Shown: positions 1-12,566, counted from the stretch's first letter. The stretch is DNA of 64,000 nt from Curvularia clavata (GCA_023920165.1 CP089279.1:1488001-1552000), one strand, 5' to 3'. Translations and numbers: made by a program. The notes: generated from the sequence alone by a model not told the origin.

Positions 1-907
1 GTCATTCATCGAGGGCGTGGGAACATGTCTACAGACCTACCTTGGCGGACTAGCTGCTGTCGGTCTCAGTCCTCTTGTTGGAGCAACCGATCTGGGACCC
101 GTTGCACCAGCTGCGTTTGGGAGCATTGTGACTGGAACACTGATTGCGCTGTTCATCTTTGGGGCTGGGCCGGTATCCGGAGCGCATTTCAATCCGACGA
201 TTTCCATGGCAACTTTTACGGCGGGGTTATCTATATTCCCTAGGACGCTGCTCTATGTTTTCTTCCAGTGTGTTGGTGCCCTTGTGGCTGGCGCTCTGCT
301 CCGGGCAAGCTTGGGAATGGAACCGCATGAAATTCCGCCTATACCAGGATGCTACGTTGACACTAGTCTGGTCACACCGGGCGAGGCGTAAGTTCAGCGC
401 TGCTTCTTGTGTATCATTACTGACGTGACAGATACGTTTTGGAGACAATGACGTCGTTTGGATTGATATTCATTGCCTTTGGAGTGGGTCTCGATCCTAG
501 GCAAAGAGAAGTGTTTGGACCGGCTCTGTCGCCGATTCTGGTATGTACTCATATTGCTTGTCAAGTGTATTGCCAAAGAGCTGACAGTGACAAAGGTGGG
601 ACTTGCGCTTGCTGTGGGAACGTTTGCCTCGTCGATAGTAAGGCCTGGATATAGCGGGGCTTGTAGGTGCACTCTGCCGCTATCTGCAAGCAATCAACTG
701 ACAACTCACAGCATGCAATCCGGCACGCTGCCTTGGTCTCATGATGGCTACGAGTGAGTATCTCCAGTTCCTTCAGCTCTTGCCATTGGCTAATGTGCTT
801 CAGACCGCTTTGATTACCATTATATTCATTGGGTTGGGCCGATGACGACGGCGGTATTGAATGGATTATTGTACTGGGCCATTCCGATATACAAACCCGA
901 GAAATAG
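1..907 (+). CDS. Aquaporin (MIP family), X-intrinsic protein (XIP) type; 5' end lies outside the window
   Basis: Spliced model: <1-387, 432-540, 596-662, 712-~753, ~804-907 (GT-AG introns). Loop B GPVSGAHFNPT, loop C PGC, loop E GYSGASCNPARC, then HYIHWVGP; stop TAG 905-907. Confidence 0.88.
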
Positions 908-1215
908 GATGCACGGGTGAGACAGAAATGTTGCGAGTGATTGTACCCAATCTCGCATCTCTGCAGATGCTTCCGGCGTGGTTGTTGTGTCAGGTAGATA
1001 GTAGAATAGAAGATGAGCCAAGCAAACCAGACCCTGGTCTTAGCGAGTTGTGTGGGCCGTAATTGCTGTGTTCTGTTCCGGTCGCAGCGCTCCTTGCAGC
1101 CGGCGATGGTTGGCGCTAAAATAGACTAGCGCCTCGCTTCCAGCCCACGCTTCTTGAAAATCGACCTCGATATCACGAACTTTCAACGACTCCGACTAGA
1201 CATCAAGCCGCCAAA

Positions 1216-2061
1216 ATGTCCGCCAACTCGCTGAACAAGATCGCGCCCAACAGCCCTTCCAGGCAAAACCCCTCTGAGATCGAGACCAGCATCGCCAGCG
1301 CAAGTCATCCCGTTCAATTGTGGGCACTGGTGGCAGCAGTACTAATATGCCCGACAGGCGTTGACTGACCTCGAGAACAATGTTCCCGACCTGAAGGCTT
1401 CTCTGCGCCCTCTGCAGTTTGTCTCTGCTCGCGAGGTATGAAGAACCCGAACTCGTTCACGATGCGCTCTCGAGCGTCGCCTGCACATACACCCATACCC
1501 TACAAATTCGAAGAGGCGGTGGGCACTGGGCAGCAACAAGAGCTGACACCAGGATTCTTAGATCGAGGTTGGCCACGGACGCAAGGCTATTGTCATCTTC
1601 GTCCCAGTTCCCCTTCTCTCCAACTGGCACAAGGCCCAGCAACGGTATGCTTTCTTGCACGTGCGCTAGTATGGCTCTTACTAACAAGCTACAGCCTCAC
1701 CCGTGAGCTCGAGAAGAAGTTCTCTGACCGCCACGTCCTGATCGTTGCTTCCCGCCGCATTCTCCCCCGCCCCAAGCGTTCCAACCGCTCCCGCACTTCC
1801 CAGACCCAGAAGCGTCCCCAGTCGCGAACTCTCACTGCTGTCCACGACGCTATCCTGACCGACCTCGTCTACCCCGTCGAGATTGTTGGCAAGCGTCTCC
1901 GCACCCGTGAGGACGGCAGCAAGATCCTCAAGGTCGTTCTCGACGAGAAGGAGCGCGGCGGTGTTGACTACAGGCTCGACACCTACAGCGAGGTCTACAA
2001 GCGCCTCACTGGCAAGGGTGTCAACTTCGAGTTCCCCCAGAGCCAGCAGACCGACTACTAA
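1216..2061 (+). CDS. RPS7: 40S ribosomal protein S7 (eS7)
   Basis: Exons 1216-1299, 1358-1435, 1562-1644, 1695-2061. Motifs [81 protein letters not shown]. Strong C-ending codon bias. Intron 1 has a GC donor. Confidence 0.97.
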
Positions 2062-2264
2062 GCGTTAGACGGGTTGTTGGGTATGGTCTCGTTATCTCTA
2101 CATGGTTCAGGAGTACGGCAAGGGCTTCGGATATGCATCATGTACCGGCATCAAAAAGGAATGTGAATGAGACGACATGAGCCCGAATTGGGCACCTCTT
2201 CAAGATACCACTGCAATTGATTTTGATTCATGTGATGGTTGCTCTTTGGCCGTGACTGGTGTGT

Positions 2265-3103
2265 CTAAGCCCTGTCGAGCTCCGGGTAGTGTCTGAATAT
2301 GCCCATGCTAAAGGGCAGTCTACGCTTACTTTCTAGGTAATCCTTGATGCCCTTTGTCTGGACGACGTTGTCGTAAAAGGAGCCAAACAACAATGGGTAG
2401 TCTTTCTTTGTCGCTTTGATCTCGTTGGGGAATGCGAATTCGAGGCCGCTCAGGACGTGCCAGAGGGTTGTGTCGGCATAGCTCAGCTTGCCTCCAACGA
2501 GGAACTTACCCTGGCCTTGGTCCTCATTGCTCTTCAAGACACGCTCAAAGAAGCCGAGGAACTTGGGGATGCGGTTCTCACGGAAGTCTGTGGCTTTCTT
2601 GAGGGCCTCGTCCTTTTGGTCCTCGTAGTATTTGCCCGTGGCAATGGGATGATGAGTGTCGTGCGCTTCGTTGTTGAGATCAAGCGCGGTCAAGGTGTGG
2701 GATAGGACTGTCATCTTGTCCACTTCATCCTCACCAGCGAGGTCCAGCTTCTCGCCGAGATAGGACAGGATTGCTGGGGTCTGGTAGATGATGAGTGGAG
2801 CATCGTTCTTGCCTTCGCCGGGCACCTTGAGAGCGGGCGGGGCGAAGACGGGCGGCTTTACGTCTGGCGAGGTGAGGGACACGACGACTTGGGCGCCGGC
2901 TGTTGTTTTCAGAAGCGGTTAGCTGGTATGCAGTGGAGAGGGCTGGAGGCATGCATACGTCCGTCAGGCTCGTTGGCGGGGTCCTTGTAGGAGACGCCTG
3001 CTGCTTCAAACACCAGGCGGACAAACTCGCCGCGGCCGGGGATTCCGGGCCAGTACAGTAGCTCGTAGGGTGGTTGGGTGCGTGCCTTCTTGTTTGTCGC
3101 CAT
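2265..3103 (-). CDS. Glutathione S-transferase
   Basis: Exons 3103-2959 and 2899-2265. N-terminal YELLYWPGIPGRGEFVRL, FAPPAL, YQTPAILSYLG; C-terminal LSYADTTLWH and GIFRHYPELD. Confidence 0.92.
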
Positions 3104-3872
3104 TGTGAGCGTGTAGTGGCGGGGTATAATGAAGCTTTGGAGCTGGGGTCGAGGAAGCTGTCGATAGCTGCACAGAGAGTAGAGAGCTTGGGAATAGGCG
3201 CGAGGCATTCAACTGTCAAAGGATGTTCTTATAGGCACGCCCCAGTCCATGCCCAGTAATATTGTTAGCTTCTTAAGAGGTCCACAAGAGGCAATCGGCG
3301 TCATTGTGGGGAAGTTGGATGGGCGGAGACGTAGACATTGCTGACTACTACAAAACCGAGCAATGCGATAATGATGATGGACTGAATTCTGGGCCCGAAC
3401 AATGGCTGTTTGCATATGCATGTTGGAACCACACGGTGTCGTCTGCAAATAGCGAAGCAAGCATCGCGCAATCCATGCATCCAGCTCCAGAGCATTCTCT
3501 AGCCTTCCAGGCACCTGGCGATACGCTCGCCTGTGCCTCCCCCATTGATTCCCATGGCGCACCACAGCCGCTTTCATGCGTCCAAGAAGCTGCGCCATGC
3601 TTCGAGATACGTTGCACAAAGTTTGCTACATAGGTAGGCGGCCGCCATCTTTGTCAAACAGGCGTGTCTTGCAAGTGCCATAAAAGATCATTCTCTCTCC
3701 CCAAGTCGGCGGTCAATTGGAGCCAACGCCCAAGCGACAGTAGTGGTGTTGTGTAGGGGTGAGCTGTTGCGCTAGTCCCCTTTCCGTTACCGTTACCCAC
3801 AAGGCTGTTGCCTTCCGCATCTGAGCCACGGCTCAGCGTCCATCGTCTACGACCAACCTGAGGCCAGTCAAC

Positions 3873-5987
3873 ATGTCAGGGGAAAACGACTTCAATTTCT
3901 TCAAGGAGCGCATGCAGAGCTTCCGTGCCTCCGACGAAGCCAGAGAGCACTTTGTTAGCGTAAGTCCCCCTTGTGACCTGGTCGCGTGTTTCGGTTCACC
4001 ACTCCGTCTGTGCTAATGGCGGAGGATAGGAAATTCTGGCAAGATATCAACACTTGTTTGAAAAGCACGCAGACTTAAGAAGCGATCATGAGAGCGAAGT
4101 ACTAAACCGCAGAAACTATCAAAGGGATCTCCGCGAGAAAGAGGCCATTGTCGCCGATTATGACCGTCAGCTGGTGCGTGTATTCCCTAGCATGAGTGTG
4201 GTCTTGGCAGCTGGTTTTCTCACTGAAGCAACAGGACGCCGGTTCCTTTGTCTTGGCACTTATTGATGGAGACGGGGCTATTGTAAGTCATTCTCATCTT
4301 CTTCCTCTTATCATTATTGCAATTGCCTCGATTCGACTTGATACCATTACACAATCGAGTCTGTTACCATCTAATTTCACAATCACGCTAATACGGCTCG
4401 AATAGTTCCAAGATGCATTGCTTAAAGCCGCTGATGGTGATGGTGGCTCCGAAGCTGCTTCTCGCTTGTATCATGCCATTCGCGAACATATTGCCTCGCT
4501 CTACAGCAACTCTGGTAGCTGGCCTATTATGGTCCAGGTCTATCTAAGTCTCGATAAGCTTGCTCTGAAGCTGGCCTCGGTTGGCCTTCTACGCTCTCCT
4601 TCCGACCTACGCATCTTTGCCCAACGCTTCAGTGTCAATCAACCCTTGTTTAGCATTATTGATGTTGGCCAAGGCAAGGAGAGGGCCGACCACAAGATGA
4701 AGGGTACTATGCTCACCCTCACCAGCTGCCCCACATGCTAACCGCTCGTCTATAGAAATGCTTCGTACCTTTAGCGATAACCCTACTTGTCGGCATATCG
4801 TCTTCGGCGGATGTCATGATGCTGGCTATCTCCTAAACTTTGAGCCTTTCAAGCACAACTTCGTCAAAGCTAGCCGTATCACCCTCCTCGAGACTACCCC
4901 AGCATACGGAGGTTTCAATGCACTGACCAACTTCAAACGCGCTCGCTTTGACACTGTTTTTAGGGCTGAGCAATTACCTGAATCTGTGCGTCCTTCAAAT
5001 GGTACCGGTTATTCAGCACCACTGCCTACAGCGCAGAATTTCGTTCGACCAATTGCCACCAACACCAGTAGCTCCCCTTCAATGACTCCAAGGGGTTCAG
5101 TGGCTTCCCCTGTGCCTAGTGTCTCCTCAACACCAGCCCCTGAGCCCAAGGAGACGAGCGAAGACTCTTCCTGGGGTAAGTGATTTGTTTTGTATGTGCT
5201 ACGTACGCTTTGCGCTCCCATTCGAGGCTGCCATACTCGTACAAGCATGACTTGACGCTTTTATGAAAGAATGAAAAGGCTAACATGTGCTTTCTAGCTG
5301 CTGTGGGCAAAAACGGCGTTCCTGCGACAGGCAGCATCTCCATTGCGTCTACTGCTAAGAAGAACACTAAGAAAAAATATGCTTATTACAACAAAGATGG
5401 CCATCGCATTGACGAACCCATCCCTCCTAGGGACCCTTCTGCTATCCTTTCGCTCGATGCACGCATGAAGAAGCAGGGCAAGAATATGTGTAATAATTGG
5501 TATGTACAAGCATGATGAAGAACGCCATTGGTGACAAAATTCTAATTCGATACAGGCATCTCGGTGGTGGATGTGTTAATGGAAAGTTTTGCCATTTCCA
5601 ACACGAGCCAAAGCTGCCACCGGCTGAACTGAATGTCTTGCGCCACAAAGCACGTACCCTACCTTGCAAAGACGAATATTGCGAGGATATCAACTGTTGT
5701 AAGTACAAAAAAGCGAGATAACGCTTGCCCCTACCAAGCGGTGTCAACAAACTGTCTATGATGACTTTGGCAACACTAACGCTGCTGCATTAGATTTGGG
5801 TCACCAGTGTCCTCAAGAACGTGACCAAGGCTATTGTGGGTTTGGAGACAAATGTGAGTAATGCTTCACCAAGTACAACTGACCAACGCTGAGTACCCCT
5901 CTAGGTCACTTCCGCTTTACGCACGGTATGGATAGGGTTAAGCATGTTAGGTATGACAAGGATGGCAATGAGGACTATGCTCCTTAG
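3873..5987 (+). CDS. CCCH zinc-finger protein with N-terminal coiled coil and central PIN/NYN-like fungal domain
   Basis: Nine exons: 3873-3959, 4030-4173, 4235-4282, 4406-4703, 4756-5175, 5298-5499, 5556-5698, 5794-5853, 5905-5987; splice phases are consistent. Motifs LALIDGDGAIF, GKERADHKM, CRHIVFGGCHDAGY; finger CNNWHLGGGCVNGKFCHFQH (C-x8-C-x5-C-x3-H) plus two further CCCH-like units. Confidence 0.85.
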
Positions 5988-6505
5988 CAAAAACTCCTTC
6001 TAGCTGAGGGTATCTTCAAGGCCCAGCGCCTACCAATTGTAACTTGAGATGGTGATGGAGGAACAAATTGATCATATCGAATCTGTATAGATTCCCTAGC
6101 TTTGCCTCCAAATTAAATATACTTAACATACAATATAGTTAACTACGATATGGAGATGTACATCTACAGCCACTTCGGGCCAACCTCGGCCTCGACATCC
6201 TCTCACTACCAGTCGCTCGGAGACGTCTCCTTCCCCACACTCCGCACAACGGTCCGTGTAAGGCCGCACCCAACAAGTAACCCGTCTGACTTCATTAAAT
6301 TGCTGCCGTAGCGGAGTACTTACCAGCCCATCATGCGATGCACCAACGATTCAGCCGCGGCAACTAACATCGGCAGTGAAAGTTCGGAGATCCCTGACTC
6401 CACAGTCGGCGGTATTCATTTTGAACGCAGCCCATTGCCGGCTGGCTTGACCTTGACACACATCTTTTCGCCCATTGATTACACTCTTGATATATTTCCA
6501 TTGCC

Positions 6506-7858
6506 ATGCCGTTCCTGCACTCTGATCCGCAACCAAAAATCCTCATTGTAGGTGCCGGTATCGGCGGGTTGACAACGGCGCTAGCGCTCCATTCAGCCGG
6601 CTTCAATGACATCCACATTTTCGAAGCATCTTCGACACTCACGACACTGGGCGTCGGAATCAATGTGCAGCCCTCGGCCGTCTTGATACTACGCAATCTG
6701 GGCCTCCTAGAGGCTTTGGAGAAAACAGGTATCAAGACGCAAGAGCTCAATTTCTACAACCGCCATGGCGACCCTATCCTTAGCGAGCCAAGAGGCATGA
6801 GTGCAGGATATGCGGTACCCCAATTCTCAATTCATCGTGGAGAATTCCAAATGCTACTTCTGAGCGCAGTCAAGGAGCGTCTTGGCGATGATGTGCTGCA
6901 TCTCAACCATGCTTTTACGAGCTTTGAACAGAACAACGAGGGTATCACAGCGCGGTTTTCGCGTAGAAGAGATGGAGAACCAGCAGAGATGTCGAGTGTA
7001 ACTGGTCACATTCTCATCGCTGCAGACGGCATCAACTCCACAGCTCGAAGGCTTCTTTATCCCAATGAGGGACCACCAAGGTTTTCTGGGCGCATGCTCT
7101 GGCGTGGATGCATAGAGCGCGAGCAGTACCTGACAGGCGCAAGCATGGTGTGGGCAGGCCATGCTGACCAAAAGTTTATCGCGTACCCCATCAGCCAGCG
7201 ATCTGCCGACAAGGGCAAGAGTCTTGTGAATTGGATCGCAGAGCTGAGAATACGAGACAAGGACGATGCTGACCTGACGCCGCCCAAGACAGACTGGACC
7301 AAAGCCGTCAAGAAGGACGTTTTCGCAGGACCGTTTGAGGCATGGAGATGTGGAGGGTTGGAGATGAAAGACCTGATTGAAAGCACAGATAAGGTATTTG
7401 AATTCCCCATGTCCGACCGCGATCCAGTCGAAGCGTGGTCATTTGGACGTCTTACGCTTCTTGGTGACGCCGCACACGCCATGTACCCCATTGGCTCCAA
7501 CGGCGCATCCCAAGCCATCATCGACGCTGAATCGCTAGCCAAACACCTATCCACCAACACGTCTGATATCCAGGGTGCCCTCAAGGCGTACGAACTTGAG
7601 CGGCTCCCGCCAACGGCTAAGATTGTCATGGCGAATCGCGCCAATGGCCCGGATCACGTACTGCAGCTTGCAGAGGAAAGAGCGCCAGATGGATTTAAGA
7701 ATGTGTACGATGTTATTCCTAAAGAGGAGCTGGAGGGGATTGGTAGTGCGTATAAGAAGGTTGCCGGTTTTGAGATGGACAGTGTGAACGTAAAGGCGAG
7801 GGCGACGGAGGGGCTGGAGGTGCAGAAGGGATTGAAGAGTCCGAGAGATTGGATATAG
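6506..7858 (+). CDS. Group A FAD-dependent monooxygenase (PhzS / salicylate hydroxylase-like)
   Basis: Intronless 450 aa ORF. Motifs GAGIGG (Rossmann), LGVGINVQP, SIHRGEFQMLL, ADGINS, DRDP, LLGDAAHAMYPIGSNGASQAIID. Confidence 0.93.
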   Translation: MPFLHSDPQPKILIVGAGIGGLTTALALHSAGFNDIHIFEASSTLTTLGVGINVQPSAVLILRNLGLLEALEKTGIKTQELNFYNRHGDPILSEPRGMSAGYAVPQFSIHRGEFQMLLLSAVKERLGDDVLHLNHAFTSFEQNNEGITARFSRRRDGEPAEMSSVTGHILIAADGINSTARRLLYPNEGPPRFSGRMLWRGCIEREQYLTGASMVWAGHADQKFIAYPISQRSADKGKSLVNWIAELRIRDKDDADLTPPKTDWTKAVKKDVFAGPFEAWRCGGLEMKDLIESTDKVFEFPMSDRDPVEAWSFGRLTLLGDAAHAMYPIGSNGASQAIIDAESLAKHLSTNTSDIQGALKAYELERLPPTAKIVMANRANGPDHVLQLAEERAPDGFKNVYDVIPKEELEGIGSAYKKVAGFEMDSVNVKARATEGLEVQKGLKSPRDWI

Positions 7859-8154
7859 CCGTGTCTCGAGGATATATGAATGGGGTATGATAGGTAAGCT
7901 ATCATGAAAAGTGTATGTTCAGGCACGGTTCAGGGTGCATGATCACATGATATGGAAACGAGTAGTATGTATGAACACCAACAGTCTGGACCATCTTCTT
8001 TGAGTAATTTCCATTTTACAAACCCAAGGCTTACTACAGAGGAAGAGAAAAGAGAATACATAATGCTGGTGAGATGTGCGACACGTTACCGCACTTCGGT
8101 CATACCAAGGCGCCAATACTCTTGTTCCGGGCAGTGCACCCGAGCACACCTCCT

Positions 8155-9632
8155 TCATCGGCCTCGTCTCAGGGCCAATCCCACCATGATCATCCGCATT
8201 ACCTTCTCGGCGCCATCCTTCACTAAAGCTTCCGTCTGCACAATTGCCTCATCTAACGACAATGGAGCTCTGAGGATGCTTGTGAATGCTTTTATACCAG
8301 CGCCGTAGCAGCCGTCCGCCCCTTCTCCAATAGTTCCAGCCAATGCGACTACCTGCGCACCATTTCGTCTTGCGCGGCGGGCTATCTCTGTCGTCATCTA
8401 CTACTGTCAGTCAAAGACAAAAGCACGATATGAATATGACCTACCTTTCCATTTGGTGACTGGAAGTCCAGACTCCCCTCGGCTGTAATAACAAAGTCCC
8501 ACTGCTGATCAAGAACACGTTCAATCTCAAAGTACTCATTGATGGCTTCGCCACGCGCGCGTAGTTGGGCGCCAAGTAGCATCAGTCCCGTCCCAAGCCC
8601 GCCGCTTGCACCGCTTCCTGGGCTGTGTGAAATGTCTCTTCCTAGTTTCTCCTGAGCGACGAGTGCCAATTGCTCGAGCGCTGTTGCTAGCAGGTCGACT
8701 TGAGCGGGTGTAGCTCCCTTTTGCGGCCCGTAAACTTGCGCGACACCTTTGGGACCGCACAGCACATTTTTGATATTGCATACGGCTTCTATTTGCACTT
8801 TCGGAGCTGTTAGTGTGTTAGTGTATTCTGTCGTTGTTCAGAGGCTGGAAGACGCACCGGAGTCCTCACACAGGCGGGGATGAATGCCATGCCAGTCGAG
8901 GCTAGCTAGACGGCACAAAGATCGACCACCGCCGGCTATTGGTAGTTCGTTGCCATGGATGTCTAGAAGACGGACGCCTAAAGCCTGGAGCATACCCGCT
9001 CCACCATCAGACGTACCCGAGTCTCCACACCCGATGATGATCTTTGTGGACCCTTCATCGAGTGCTTTCCTAATCAACTCCCCAACACCGAAAGTCGTAG
9101 TCACGGTCGGATCACGCGCGTGTTTGGGGACCAGACGAAGACCTGCTGCAGCTGCAATGTCTAACACAGTTGTCTCCTTGTTCTCCCCAATGAAACCTAA
9201 GTGTGATTCAAGAGGTTCCCCGATGGGTCCCAGAACCGATGTTTCAACAATGGTTCCGTTGTGAGCCGCTACCAGAGCCCTGGCAAAGCCTTCTCCACCA
9301 TCGTGCAAGGGGAGCTTGCGCATTATGACGGAGCTTTTGTCCAAAACTTTGGCAATGCCTGCTTCAATGGCATCGGCAACTTGCTCCGGACCCAGACTCT
9401 CTTTGAATCCCGATGGAGCTATTAAAACTCGAAGCGGATGACCGCTCAAGAGCTCTGAGGTTGGGGTTTGCACTACAGCTGAAGCCGCACGTACCCCGTC
9501 ATTCATTTGCGGTGCTGGTAGGTTGAATGTCTCTGACGTGCGGAGCTGTCGTAATTGTGGCAGAAGTTTCGGCGACGCTACCGAAGCAGCATGAGTATAT
9601 GGGTCCATGGTTGGGTCAGGACTCATGAGCAT
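8155..9632 (-). CDS. Glycerate kinase, class I (GlxK/GarK family)
   Basis: Exons ~9632-8858, 8806-8445, 8397-8155. Motifs LIAPSGFKESL, PLHDGGEG, TTTFGVGELI, GDSGTSDGGAGMLQALG, VYGPQKGA, GSGASGGLG, ITAEGSLDFQS-GK. Start codon uncertain (9632, 9608 or further downstream). Confidence 0.92.
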
Positions 9633-10738
9633 ATTGAGAAGCAGGGAAACAGATATGAAGGTATGAGGAAACCGATAAAAAGAATGGGTGCCTATTAACC
9701 AAGCCAGTAGAACGAGAGTTGGAGTGCGTTAATATAGAGCGAGTGTATTCGATCTCCGTGACTGAATGTCATTGCAGAGTAAGGCATATGGCTTACTTAT
9801 ACCTTTGCCTCTCATCTCGCTCGCCTGGAGTTGCAAAGTTCCAAGTTTCACGCGCAGTAGTCCTACCCCTATTGCACCACATAGTCAACACCCAAGGTAT
9901 CGCTTCAGGCCTCAAGAAGAAAACAGCAACAAGACCCTTGACCGGACCAATCTGCGCCTGAACCCACAAGCCACGCTATAGCTCTGCATCTTCATGTATT
10001 GCAGCACAGCCAGGTATTACGACAACGACATAGCCCTTAAACCAAGATGGCAAGATAGCCCAGTGAGACTACACAAGCCTCTGGGCAGTAGCCTTATGTA
10101 TAGTCTTGCATTGGTCCGCCCACCTGTACCTTGGGTACGTTCAGTCTTCTCGTTTCTTGACTATCGTATGCCGACCAATAGCGAGTTACTCACGTGTCTT
10201 CACCAAGCAACTTAGCGAAATCCCAAGCCGTACCTTCTTGGCACAGTAGTGTGAAACACAGCCTGGATTGCTGACGTCTACAAGAAGGCTGTTTCCATGC
10301 AGTTTTGCATCATTGCCCGGCTTGATGGGAAGTATCTGCAGTAGTCTGATTGGCTGAAGACGATGGCAAGTATGCGGGCTACTATGCGCTCACGCGACAC
10401 GTTTCTATTCTTAATCTCGCTTGCCTTGTTCACAGCCTGAGATTATTAGTACTAATTGTATTGAATACGGCTTTTTTGGAGCGTGGCAATCATACTGAGG
10501 CATTGATGGTGGGGCTTTCTAATAACTTGGGAGCGTGAGTGGCTGATGCTGTGCATGGAACTGCCTCACGTTCTACCAACACTGCCTCAGCGGCGTGGTA
10601 TTGGCAAATTTCCCGGTGACTACACCCAAGGATATTTGCTGTTCATATCATGGGACGATATCAGTACATTTTTCTGGGCCATTCCATCGCCTCAAGGTAA
10701 CATACACTCGTTGTCGTCTTGTCATTCGTTTGGCCCTC

Positions 10739-12566
10739 ATGCATCTCAAAGATCGATTGCTCGGAAGACCTTCCGTTGACGAATGGGAGAGTCGCGATCT
10801 ACAGGTCTTACCAAGGTTCTATTTTGAAAGTAGCAGTCACTCTATCCTCAGTACTGAGCGCCTGTTCCAACAGTGGAGTCGACAGGACGAAGAGACTCAA
10901 TATGACGCTGGAGACTTGAACATGGAAGAAACCAGTATAAAACCCAAAGAGATAATCGTAGGTTTTGGACCTTCTCGTCGATACATAGACACTTATAGTC
11001 CTTACAGATCATCTGGGAAGGACCTAACGATCCAAGCAACCCTCTAAACTGGAGCAACAGACGAAAATGGATCACAACGATACTAGTATCACTCTTTACT
11101 TTCATATCGCCCTTCTCCTCGACAATGGTGACTCCCGCACTACCGGTTATCGGTGATGAATTCAATATACCGGATGGCTTTATGCGCCAGCTCGTCATGA
11201 CCATCTTCTTACTGGGATATGCCCAAGGACCGTTTGTGCTCGCACCTCTGAGCGAAATATACGGTCGCGTTACGGTGCTGCAGTGTGCAAACCTAGTGTA
11301 TCTTTTGTTCAATACGTGCTGTGGGTTTGCGCAGACCAAAGATCAGATGCTAGCGTTTCGGTTTTTGAGTGGACTGGGAGGTGCGGCTCCGCAGGCAGTA
11401 TGTGTCTTCTTCGAAATACAATTGCAAACAAAACACAACTAACAATATCTCTAGCTGTGTAATGGTGTCCTAGCAGATACATGGTCCAAAGAAGAGCGCG
11501 GCAAGGGTCAAGCCATCTACGGCCTACTCACCTGGCTCGCACCCTGCGTAGCGCCCATATGTGGTGCCTACATTTCTACCGGAGCAAACTGGCGCTGGAT
11601 CTTCTTCAGTACCTCCATCTTCACCGTCGGTGTCCAACTCGTCGCCCTCTTCTTCCTCTCCGAGACCTTTGCCCCAGTCATTCTCGCCAAAAAAGCCAAA
11701 GTCGTCAGGAAAGCCACAAACGCTATGCAAACGGAAGACGTAGTTGTACGTACAGAGTCCGAAACTGATGATCGTATGAGCAGAATCTTGAGAAAGAGAC
11801 TCATACTGCCGTTCATCATGATGTTTACACATCCCGCAACACAAGCCCCATCTATCTATCGCGCTTTCCTCTACGGAGTCATGTACCTCATGCTTTCCAC
11901 CTTCCCCGCAGTCTTTGAACAAATGTACAACATGAGCGTAGGCAAAGCGTCACTCAACTACCTCTCTCTATGTGCAGGTTTCATGATCGGACTGCAGATC
12001 TCGCATCCCCTTATTGACGGTGTACGTATCCACCTCTCCTCTCTCTCCCATACACCTGTTCCCTAATCCTCACTTTTTTACCTTCTTCCTAACATAAAAT
12101 CTAGCTCTACGCCCGCCTAAAATCCCACTACTACCTTTCCTCCGGCCTCCCCGAATTCCGCGTTCCCCCCATGCTCATTGCCGGCCTACTCTGTCCCGCT
12201 GGCCTCTTCATCTATGGTTGGACTGCACATCACCATGTCCACTGGATCGCGCCCAACATCGGCGCGGCAATCACTGCCATTGGCCTCATCATCGGGTTTC
12301 AGTGCAGCCAGGCATATACAACGGATGCGTATGAGGCGCGGTATGCGGCTTCAGCAGCTAGCGTAGGCGCATTCTTACGAACCATGTGTGGTTTCAGCTT
12401 TCCGCTTTTTGCGCCGAGGATGTACGAAGTTATGGGGTTGGGGTGGGGAAATAGTTTGCTGGCATTTTTGACGCTGGGGTTGGGCATTGTGGGGCCGTTA
12501 GGATTGTGGGTTTATGGGGAGAGGTTGAGGGCGATGAGTTGGCGGGGGTTGGAGGGGCGAGTATAG
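10739..12566 (+). CDS. MFS multidrug transporter (DHA1 family)
   Basis: Exons ~10739-10957, 11008-11397, 11455-12021, 12105-12566. Motifs WEGPNDPSNPLNWS, APLSEIYGR, FRFLSGLGG, WRWIF, ETFAPVIL, PEFR, GWGNSLL. Start codon uncertain (10739 or 10922). Confidence 0.92.

Noticed and set aside
1436..1561. Possible intronic C/D snoRNA in RPS7 intron 2 (ATGAAGA ... CTGA)
   Set aside because: The candidate boxes coincide with the splice donor and branch point, and no rRNA-complementary guide was recognised.
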